Below are positions 25,901-36,900 of a DNA stretch of 64,000 nucleotides, in pieces. Position 1 is the stretch's first letter; every line of letters begins with the position of its first letter. The position numbers and the translations under genes were made by a program. The notes below the pieces were generated by a model that saw nothing but the letters and a program-made list of their open reading frames with translations, was not told the DNA's origin and did no database searches. The stretch comes from Sphaerodactylus townsendi (taxonomy: Eukaryota): positions 23,684,001 to 23,748,000 of the forward strand of contig NC_059439.1 in the NCBI RefSeq assembly GCF_021028975.2. Reading direction: 5' to 3'.

Positions 25901-26640
25901 ACCTACTGGTGATCCCTGGCCCCAAGGCGATCTGGCTGGCCTCTACAAGGGCCAGGGCTTTTACGGCTCTGGCCCCTACCTGGTGGAACAGGCTCTGTGG
26001 TGAGATCAGGGCCCTGCGGGATTTACAAAGTTTCTGCAGGGCCTGTAAAACGGACCTGTTCCGCCAGGCGTTTGGCCAGCCAGGATGATATCAACTGCAA
26101 TAAAAAGCAAACATCTGGCATCCCGTGGGTTCATAAAAGGGGGAATAGAATAGCTGAAGCCATCTTTAGTCTAATGTTTTATGTATTTTTAATTAACTTA
26201 TATATATGATGTTTTAAATTTTTATTTTGTTGGAAACCACCCTGAGCCTTCGAGGAGGGCGGTGTACAAATACAATAAATAAAATAAATAAAATAAATTT
26301 ATTAATTAACAAACACAACACTCAAGAAGCTGGGAGACCAATGGATTGCAACATCAGCTGGTCAGCACCATTGCTGACCCGACCATGCTGTCCCCAATCC
26401 CTATTGGGGCATTGGCGGGAAGCAGGGAGCCACCGGGGTGGATACCCTTGGTGTCAACGCTTCCTGCTGGGGTTGGGGGGCACCAGCTAAGCCTACCAGC
26501 TTGCTTACCAGCCTGCCCCACCCCCAGGCCCTTCCTTAAGGGCACCAACCATGGAGAAAACCGGCCGCCTGGCTCGGCTTCTCCCCACAGATGTTGCGAT
26601 TCCGTTGCCAACCCGCCAGGCTGCGACAAAAGTACAAGTA
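22970..26640. repeat. ~670-bp local tandem duplication (22970-23640 and 23640-26640, second copy interrupted by an L2)
   Basis: gggatatttcaa...gctgcgacaaaagtac occurs twice in tandem. Confidence 0.85.
23951..26297 (+). mobile_element. L2 LINE, 5'-truncated, heavily frameshifted
   Basis: APKRPLR..APWY, LVLLDLTAAFDMVDH, SRLDYCNSLYAGLP, HWLPIEYR motifs; (aaata)n tail; ~12-bp target deletion relative to ~23290. Confidence 0.9.
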
Positions 26641-27176
26641 TAACAATACAACCATTTTACAACATGTCAACAATTAACAATTGTAACAAGGGAGGGTGGG
26701 TGGGTCACGTCACTCTTGAGCCTCGGCTAGCCAAGAAGGCCGAGGCTCGGGGCGTGGTGCTTATAAGCGCTCTGCTGTTCCCGCCTTTGCAGCTCGGGCC
26801 AATCATTGCAGCTCCCTGCAACTGCGCCCTCAGAGCTGGCTACCCCATCCCTTTTTCCTCGTGCTACTCACCTCTGCCGCAATGGCTGCCACCAGTGACT
26901 CGATGGCTGCTACTTGTCTAAAACTCCAAATGTTTGATGCATACTTTCTTCTAGCCAGACTACAGTTCAGGAAACAGGTAGAAAAGGTGGGAATGGTTGC
27001 GGGGGAAACAACTCCAAAGCAATAAAGAACATCAAGATAAGGCATGCCATTGTCTGTTTTGCACAGCACAAATAAGGCATCCTGAGAGCACAAAAAAAGG
27101 CCTGTTGGGGAGGCACTCTGCACAGCCTTTTCCCCCCAAGACATTCTCAGGACACCTTATTTCAGCCCAAGCAGTC

Positions 27177-28531
27177 AACAACACAAGCCTTTATTGGCAT
27201 ATAAAACAGGACAAAAATTTTTTTAAACAAAACAAGGTTAAGAAATGCAGTTAAAATTATTAATTTCCAGTATAAAATTTGCAACAGTTTCACAAAAGAG
27301 CACATCAGAGCTGTTCAGGAGATTGGGTATCTTATAACACTCATGCCACTGAGAACATTGCAATAAAATTGAATTCATGTATTTCATGCATATCTTGTTA
27401 TATTTAGGGCATAGAAACAAAGAATGGTCAAGTGTTTCAACCGTAGTCATATCACATGAACAAACTCTTTTAGAACATTCCATATTCTTAAATCTTCCCT
27501 CCAGCAGAGCTGATGGCAGCACATTACATCTTGCAGTAGATAAGGCTCTCCTCTGGGTGGGATTAATCAGCAGACGAAGATATGCTGCCATAATTCCACT
27601 CTCGCATGGGATTAATAATGTAGTCGGAGAACAGGTTGTCTTGGCAGTAAGAGTCAAATTATGAAAATCAAGATCCAAGAGCCTATTCTTAACTAGTCTG
27701 AAGGCTTCCACCTTTGTGAACATAAGGAATGATTCCAAGGGGAAACCAATAGCTTCAACCTTTCTAAAGATCAAAGTATACCATTCTAAAATAAAGTGAT
27801 CTGATAACAGAGAGGGAATATAGCTATTGGATCCCACTAGAAAATGTATGTGCAGCCAATATTTTATGGCCCTTATCCATGCCAAGGTTTCTAGAGTTGT
27901 TTGGCCCATCTCAATGCACAACGCAGCATAAGGCACACATCTAGGGAGCCCCATTAGTTTCCGAAGGAATTCGGAATGTAATAAATTAAATGATTTATTT
28001 ATTGCCGAAATCCAAATGGGGGAACCGTACAGTAGCAAGGAGCCAATCCTAGCCTCAAAAACCTTCAAAGCCGCAGGAATGTATTGATTGCCTTTACTGT
28101 AAAAAAAAGTGATATATTGCTGTCATGTTGGTATGTGCCAAGGTAGTTACTGCTAGTTGCTGTGAGGACCATGACAAATTATATCTATAGTAAATGCCAA
28201 GGTATCGGAAATATTTGACCTGCTCAATTTTGTGGCCCTTAATTCGCCAGGACGTGGGCTTCCAACTCTTAGCAAAAATGAGAACTTTAGTTTTAGCATA
28301 GTTAATTTCCAGTCTGTTCTCTTCGCAATAATTAGAAAAACTGTACATTAGGCGTTTAAGGCCAATTCTGGACAAGGACAATAACACTGCATCGTCTGCA
28401 TACAACAGTAAAGGAAGGTGGGTAAGATGTAATTTAGGACTATACCCATTCACAGACACCAAAGCATGAGGTAAATCATTGAGGAATAAATTGAATAAAG
28501 TAGGAGCCAGTGTGCAATCTTGTTTAACCTG
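27177..28531 (-). mobile_element. 5'-truncated RTE-X-like LINE
   Basis: 12-bp TSD gcccaagcagtc (27165-27176 / 28532-28543); LLYADD, YFRYLG, ETLDHSLFLC motifs; atgccaataaaggc tail. Confidence 0.9.
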
Positions 28532-29243
28532 GCCCAAGCAGTCTTATTCTGAAGATGCTAGAAGACTGGACCACACACACATGGATGGCAAATAGACCCT
28601 ACCTTAGGATTCTGGGAAACAAAAGGAAAAGACACCATTCATTTCATACTGTGTTGATTTTTCAAGCAAGAACTGAGAACAGGGGTTAAAACACTTCAGA
28701 TTTGGGAGGGAGGATCCCTTACAGGGAGGGCAGTTGTTTTATTTGCCTTTCCTTTAATTTACATGAATAGTAGGCATTTTTACCCTGAATATTTCCTTTC
28801 GTAACCCCTCCCTTTTTTAAAATTTCAAAATCATCCCCATTGGAAATATTAAAGGAAAACTATATAATTCTCTTAAGATTAAAAACAAAGATCAAAAGCC
28901 TGGGAATTAAAATCACAGAGATCCTTTCCCATTAATCAAGCTTTTTTTCTGATGGGTACACAAGTGAGGGTATTTTCAGTGGCAGCTTCATGATTGTGGA
29001 ACAATCTCCCCAGAAATGTGTGCTTTCAATCTTTGGAAGGCTGATGCCAGCTTTATTCAGGAAGGCATATTTTTCACCCAATCAGTTGTAAATTGTGATT
29101 TCAATTCAGCGCCTTCTATGGGTTTTATGTATGTTTATGTTCAGCATTCGATTTACATTGTAAAATAGTTCCGTATGGTGGAAAAGTGGAGCATAAGAGC
29201 AACAGATAATGTTGGCCCTCCTTGTAACATTTGATCAAAGTTA

Positions 29244-30183
29244 TTAACCTTTTGTCGTAAGAAAGATTTTAGTACCCAGTTTCCACATTGCTCCTTTTAC
29301 CTCTTTGTTCCTGAGACTATATATTATGGGGTTTAAAATAGGTGTGATGATGGAATAGGACAGAGACAACCACTTGTCAGTGTCCGAAGAGTAACTGGAC
29401 TTAGGCTGGGAATACAAGAAGAGAGCTGGGCCATAAAATAGGGTTACAACCATGAGGTGAGAGGAACAAGTGGAGAAGGTCTTGTACCTGCTCTTGGCTG
29501 ATCTCATTTTTAAGATAGCAGTGATGATATGGAGGTAAGACACCAGGATAAGAACGAAAGGAAGCATGAGCACCAAAACAGCTACCCCAATGACTTGGAC
29601 TTCATTCCAGTAGGTGTTTCCACAAACAAGCACCATCAGTGGCTGAATCTCACAGAAGAAATGGTTAATGATGTTGGGCCCACAAAAAGGGAGGTTAAAA
29701 ATGAAGGTGGTGTGTCCTGCTGCCACCAGGAATCCAGTAAGCCAAGATGCCAGAGACAGCTGGAGACAAGTTCTCTTGTCCATGATAACCATGTATCGCA
29801 GTGGGATGCAGATGGCCACGTAGCGGTCGTATGACATAACACAAAGGATACAACACTCTGTAGCTCCAAATAGTAAGAAGAAATAGAGCTGTGTGGCACA
29901 CCCAACAAAAGAGATTTTGCCTTCTGCCAAGCGGAGGTTTGCAAGCATGTTGGGTATGGTGACTGAGATGAAACATAATTCCAAGAAAGACAAGTTCCTT
30001 AGGAAAAAATACATGGGAGTCTGTAGGGTGCTATCCAAACTGATCGTGACAACAAATGAGGATGTTACCAACTATTGTGAATAAGTACAGGCATAAAAAC
30101 AACACAAACAGTAAAAACTTCATTTCCGGGAGTTTTGAGAAACCCAGTATAATGAATTCAGTCACACAGGTTTCATTTCCCAT
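29244..30183 (-). pseudogene. Olfactory receptor (OR10-like) with a single +1 frameshift after the TM1 GN motif; pseudogene or assembly error
   Basis: ATG at 30183; 940 bp versus 939 bp in paralogs; extra A at 30054-30056 (aacaaatg vs aacaatg); otherwise open. Confidence 0.85.
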
Positions 30184-31371
30184 GGCTTATCCTTTATCCT
30201 ATTTTTCCTGAAATTTATCTATTATGATATAGTAAAATATGATGGATAGAACACTAAACACACTATATATACTTATTGTCAGATACCAATGAGGAACATT
30301 TACATCCAGATGTGGCGTTTAATCCTACCCATGGTTGGAGATGCTCATCATGCCCTTTTATTTTCACAGCAATCCTTGTGAGCTGAGTGTTACTTGCCAC
30401 AGATCACTGAAGGGATCATCCTTTGCAGTCCCAGATTATCACAAGAATTTGCTTGATGTCAAAATCACAGTGGATTTGAACATTCATTCCATGAATTTCA
30501 AGGAAAACTGTAATAGCTGATTTTTCTAGAACAGGATGTACACATGCATGTTCCACACAGTTTTCGATTTCGTCTTACTAGATGCAAAGTGAAACTTGAG
30601 ACTTACTTCTGCAATGAAATATTTGAGATGTTTTGAGAGAAGTCAAGTGAGTTTGTGTCGGATTACATCAATCCTTCTAGGACTGCACATCTTCTAAAAC
30701 ACCACATCCTGATGCCATGTCATAAATGTAAACGACAGTGTTCCAACAGCAAAGGTGCTGGAAAGAAAATCCGATCCATTTTAGTCAATGATACAAGTTT
30801 CACACATTCCAGGAAAAGAGAAAAAAATAACCTCTAAAGCTAGTGACAGAGTTTCATTTTGATGCACGGAGATTTCCTTCTGTACAAGGTTCCTTTGGAT
30901 ACAGTCCAGAGATTATAGGCAATTGGCAGAGCCATATTATGCCGTTCAAGACCCTTCCAATTACAGTGGCTTCAACAAAATTAGAATGGAGTAACTGTTG
31001 TTCAAATGCCACTGTTAGTATCACATCTAGGGAAATAAACTGTGAACTGTATTACCACAATTAAAATCTTCCTATGACTCTTTCAGTATTATGCAGAATG
31101 GATTTCCTTAGTAGCTTTCAAAGATGTGTTCTCAGTACACACAAATATTTGGCCATAAGATGCTGGCAGATACCATTAAATTCCTGGAAATTGGTACTGG
31201 ATTTTTTTTCTCTTTGCTGCTCACTAGCAAGCCTTGTAATGTTTCAGGTCCATGGATGCTGCCTACCATATCATCGGATGTCTCCTTAATTCAGCCTGCT
31301 CAACATCTAGTATCAACTTTGCACTCCTTGCCCAGCGAGGGAATTTGCTGATTAGCAAGCAGAAACACAAT

Positions 31372-31522
31372 GACCCCTTCCGCACATGTAGAATAATGCA
31401 CTTTCATTCCATTTTCAATGCACTTTGCAGCTGATTTTTACTGTGTGGAATAGCAAAATCCACTTGACAACAATTTTGAAAGTGGATTGAAAGTGTGTTA
31501 TTCTGCTTGTGCAGAAGAGGCC
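31372..31522. mobile_element. MITE (shared copy, unit 3)
   Basis: Equivalent position and sequence to 13803-13953. Confidence 0.8.
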
Positions 31523-31984
31523 ATGGTTTTAATTTTAAGAACACTGGGAAAGAAAACCTTGTCAGATTACAGAGACACTTAACCACAAATGAAGCAAACT
31601 GACAATATTGGCCATGATTTATAGATATTTACCTTACTGTGAAACATGCATAAACCCAGCTATAACATTGTGATGTGAAGTGACACCTGCATGTAGCTGC
31701 AATGAAAATGCTAGGTGATCAGTATTTTATGTTCCAAATTCAGCACCCAAGACCTTCAGACATTATATATCATTTATGGAATTCTTCAGAATGTTAATGT
31801 AGGTATCAATTCCTCTTCCTAAAAAAAATATTTCAGTCCAAAAATGGGAATGCAGTACCAGGGCCAGCATATAAGAGAACAACATGATTTGGTCATGCTT
31901 TTCCCACAAAGACAACCCTTGACTTTATCAGCACAGCTGGCAATGAAATGCTGGGTGATGTAATTCTTGGCCTTAGCTCAGAGG

Positions 31985-32040
31985 AATTAATGATTAGAAT
32001 TAATGAGGTAGTGAATGTATAATTCATGGCCCATGGGACA
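31985..32040. promoter_or_regulatory. Candidate Lhx2/EBF-type promoter between the divergent OR and V2R genes
   Basis: TAATGA at 31988 and 32001, TAATTC at 32020, CCCATGGGA (EBF CCCNNGGGA) at 32030. Confidence 0.45.
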
Positions 32041-32666
32041 AGTATGAGAACCAACATGGTGTACTGGTTAAGAGCACAGGACTCTAATCTGTAGAACCAG
32101 GTTTAATTTCCTACTGAGCCAGTCAAAGTTCCCTCAAGACTAAAAAAGGAATCCATAACATGCAAATGTTAACAGAACAATGGTAACAATAATTACTGTG
32201 GATATTGAAATTACGGTTTTCAAAAAAAGGGGGAGATATTTGTTAGTAGGTTTCCTTCTGAGAACAAATAATATTATTGAATAGTGGGTAATATATGAGA
32301 TCTAATCAGCTTTGCTTGTTAGAAAGAGCAGAAGAATTTTCTTTTACTGCCCCAAAAGGATCATGGGTAAGATTGCTGTTAACTTGTTTCTGATGCCTAT
32401 GGTGCATAACTCCCAAGAGATGTCCAATGTAGATGAAAGGAGAAATATGAGGGAAAGTGGCATCAAGTCATATCTGGATATTACTGACCGCTTTGGAATA
32501 GGAAGTATTTTTCAAATAGTAGAAACTTGCTCTTCCACCACACATGCTCTGACATTATTTCAGAAAGATTTTCTCACCCTGTTCTTTGACCTCACTGGAA
32601 AAATGTGAAAGACTGATTCGCATGCTGCTAGATGCCTGCATCTGCCTTGTACAAAAGAGAAATTCG

Positions 32667-33328
32667 TGGTGCGTGGTGCGACCGCACTGGAGTCCTGTGT
32701 TCAGTTCTGGTCGCCACATATCAAAAAGGATATTGAAGAGATAGAAAAAGTGCAGAGAGGGGCAACGAGGATGATTGAGGAACTGGAGCACCTTCCTTAT
32801 GAGGAGAGGCTGCAGCGTTTGGGGCTCTTTAGTTTGGAGAGGAGACGTCTGAGGGGGGATATGATTGAAGTCTATAAAATTATGCCTGGGGTAGAAAATG
32901 TTGACAGAGAAATTTTTCTCTCTTTCTCACAATACTAGAACCAGGGGGCATTCATTGAAAATGCTGGGGGGAAGAATTAGGACTAATAAAAGGAAACATT
33001 TCTTCACGCAATGTGTGATTGGTGTTTGGAATATGCTGCCACGGGCGGTGGTGATAGCCACTAACCGGGATAGCTTTAAAAAGGGCTTGGACAGATTTAT
33101 GGAGGAGAAGTCGATCTATGGCTACCAATCTTGATCCTCCTTGATCTCAGATTGCAAATGCCTTAGCAGACCAGGTGCTCAGGAGCAGCAGCAGCACAAG
33201 GCCATTGTTTTTACATCCTGCATGGGAGCTCCCAAAGGCACCTAGTGGGCCCCTGCGAGTAGCAGAGTGCTGGACTAGATGGACTAGATGGACTCAGCAG
33301 GCTTGTTCTTAAGTTCTTATGTTCTTAT
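32667..33328 (+). mobile_element. CR1 LINE 3' fragment
   Basis: [11 protein letters not shown]...[10 protein letters not shown]...[28 protein letters not shown]; gttcttat-type tail. Confidence 0.92.
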
Positions 33329-33966
33329 TGCCTCTAAAACAAGAAGGTTCGCTACCAAATCTCCTATCGGCAAGTGCCTTGCTCCAGTCTTGCAAACTGA
33401 AGGCCATGGCGTCCTTTATTGGTCCATGCATCTCATGTTGGCTTGAAATGACCGAACCTAAAAGAAAAAAAGAAGTAGTTTCCATTTTTGTGTATTGTAA
33501 AATGTCATAGCATGCTTGTTTACCTACCAAAGAGTATAAAGAGTATAAAGAACTGTTTACCTACCAAAGAGTATAAAGAACACAACAAGTGTTATGCTGC
33601 TATTAAAGCAGAGAAAGTAAAAAAGAAAAGCAAAGCTAGAGGGGAGTGATTATCTCCCCTGTTATTATCGAACAAGGTAATCATTGAGTCTTCTACATGG
33701 ACAAGCCCTGGGGATTTTCAAAAGGAACTTTCAGAATCACCAAACAAGCCATTTGCAGAACTCAACAAAATCTCATTGATAAACTTTGAAGTCTCTTATA
33801 AATGCTGAAACCTGTGCTGAGTCAGATATCGAGAGAAGTTAGAATTGAAGACTGGGAGTGGAATGTGCAACTCTCGATGGCTTTTTACAACAGGATGTGT
33901 TACATATTGTGAATGCTGGGTGTGAACAAAGATTTCCAATGTGAAAATAGATTTCATTGACCAAAG

Positions 33967-36900
33967 ATGCTGCTGCTGCTCTTTCTTCTGTTTCTGCCTC
34001 AAGCTGTCAGCAAGAATTTGAAGGAACTTTGTAGGGCAACCACTCATCGATATAAAGATGATTATTTAAAGTCAGGAAATCATGTTATTGGTGCAATTTC
34101 ATCTCTGCGTGTGGCGGTTGGTCCAGAAGAGAAGTTTAAGTCTTTGCCCCAGAGTTTCAATAAATATATATACCAGTACGTGAGTATGCAGTTTAAATAA
34201 ACTACAGGCAGTCAGATCTTAAGGATCTTTGCCACAGCATGAGTATCTCAGTGTACATGCTAATATTAAGAGTAGTCCAACCTTATCCCACAATGGTCAA
34301 ACCCTCAAGGCAAAGTGCAGTTTCATCTCAGCATATCATTGTCTGATCAGAAGATATGTTCACATCTTTGCCCCCGAGTTTATATACACACATCATGTTA
34401 TTTAGTTGTTTCTTGTGTTTGATCTTTTCTTCTGCTAATTTGGAGTTCTGGAAATAGAGATGGGAGATTGGAAAAGGCTGTCAATACAAAGAGATGAATG
34501 AAACCTTTACTTCCATTTTAGGTTTGTGAGGAAGAATTATCAGCATGTCCTCACCTTCATTTTTACTGTTGATGAAATCAACAAGGATCCAGATCTCTTA
34601 CCCAATGTCACACTGGGCTTCCGCCTCTATGACAGCCTCTTACGAGGAAGATCAGATTATGACATCACTCTGTCCTTGCTGTCCTCACCAAAAGTAAACA
34701 TCCCTAATTTCAACTGTGCAAAGCAATACAATATGTCAGCAGTTGTTGGAGGACTTAGCTCTGAAGCTTCCATCCAGATGGCTACCATCTTTGACCTCTA
34801 CAAGATCCCTCAGGTATGGATGTACAGTGTACAAAGTCCTAACACAAAATAACAGTCGACATTTTTTCATGTTATTCCATGCTAACAGTGATGTAGTAAA
34901 TAAATTCTGACAACTTAGCACCGTCCAGGCTTTTCCAAAAGAGGCTATGGCTTGTTCCCTATATGACCATGCAAACAGACTACTAAGCCCAGAGATTTCT
35001 CAAAGTCTGTGCATAGCCATGACAAAGGTGTGATGTTTTGACACTCCTGCCTGAGATGAGACTAGGGCTTTGCTCATCAGTCAGCTAATAGGTGGAGAAT
35101 TTCTTCATCTGTCCTTTTCAACTGCTCTTTGGATATCATTTGCAGGCTTCAAGCAGCATGCAGGTACAAGAAAACAGATTGGCAAGCAACGTAACACTCT
35201 TGGTACCCATACTGGGAAGGAGTTGGTCTAAGCAATGCCTTGCTTAACTTCTAATCTAGTGGTTTCCTTACATATCTGTTGTTTAATGGTGAAATAAAGG
35301 CTCCACATGATGGTGCAGGAATGGCAGTAACAGAGCTTATAATGTTTGAATGTAGATATGAACGTTCACCACTAGTAGCAAAATTTCTTTTACAAGTGAC
35401 AGAACTTTCTAAGTAACGTCCAGTGCTAGATATAATCCTGTCTGTGTTTTGAATGTATTCTTGATTTGTACTTCACAAATGTCTGGCAATGCTCTGGAGC
35501 CTATTTTATATACCTAATAAAGGTTGTTGTTAATATTTCCAACCTATATTATTGGAAAAATATTTTTGACCGTTGCACTATTATTACAAGAATTATCCAT
35601 GGCCCTGTCCACAGAAAATCCAAAAAAAAAAATATTTTCAATCCCTCATATCATGATTAATGTCTGCACTCACCCTCTCAAAACAAATACTGAACACATT
35701 TTAAAAACCTTTCAGCCTCAAGGATTATTTGAAAAGGGGATTCATTTAAAACATGTTGAGGCTGGAAATAAAACATTTGAGGGTAAAAACAATGCCGAAG
35801 TCCATGAAGGAAACAGAAGATGGGAGCATTCTAATCAAGGACCCTTGAGGATAATCTCAGCAAAACAGAGTTCCACAGCTGCGTGAAACTCACAGTAAAT
35901 ACTGGTTGTGGTTGGTTTTCCAGGCTGTGTGGCTGTGATCTGATGGATCTTGTCCCTAACATTTCACTGGCATCTGTGGCTAACATCTTCAGAGGTGTAT
36001 CACAGAGGGAAGTCTGTTACACACTGTGTCCAGTGAGAAGGAAATGTTTAGTGGGGTATATATTGTCCATGTTCCAGGGTGGGGAACCAATCAGTAAGTA
36101 TTTGGGTGGAACTTGCTATGCACAGATGTGGTTGATGGTACTGTACTGCAGGTGGGGTTTTTCAGTCCAGGGAGTGATTTACATTTGCAGGCTTTCGACA
36201 ATACATTGCAGTAAATACTACTTTTCTGACATAAAGATTGCACAGGTTTAGCAACAATGTTCCTGTAGTTCTTCTAATAATAGCAGCAGTAATTATTTTA
36301 CTATCACTCTTAAGAGTGGTAGTACCAGTAGTAGCAGGAACAGTGGTAAAGTGGTAATAGTATTAGCAAATCATTCCTACCACTCAAAACATTCTGGCCC
36401 CTTCCGCACACGCAAAATAATGAGTTTTCAAACCACTTTCACAACTGTTTGCAAGTGGATTTTGCTATTCCGCACAGCTTTAAAGAGCACGGAAAGCAGT
36501 TTGAAAGTGCATTATTCTGCATGTGCGGAATGAGCCTCTGTAATTTGTTTTTCATTAATGCTTCCAGGATGCCCTGTCTGAAGATCCTGCATGTTTTCAG
36601 CATGTCTGAAGTCAGGAAACTGGAGAGCTATTCTCAATATGCATAATTTCAGGGAGACAATTGTCAGGTTGTAATAAAATGCCTGTTGTTTTTCTACAGC
36701 TCCCTTATGCTCACCCCTCACTGAGTAATAAAATTCAGTTCCCCTTTTTTTACCAAATGGTTCCAAAGGAAGCTGCTCAGTTAGAAGGAATAGTGGAATT
36801 GATCGGATATTTCAAATGGACGTGGATTGGCCTCGTCGTTTCTGACAATGACAATGGAGAACTGTTTGCTCAAACTATTACCCTCTCACTCAGTAGACGG

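Noticed and set aside
34180-34185. gtgagt as the V2R exon 1 donor
   Set aside because: It gives phase 0, incompatible with the exon 2 acceptor; gtacgt at 34176 keeps the frame.
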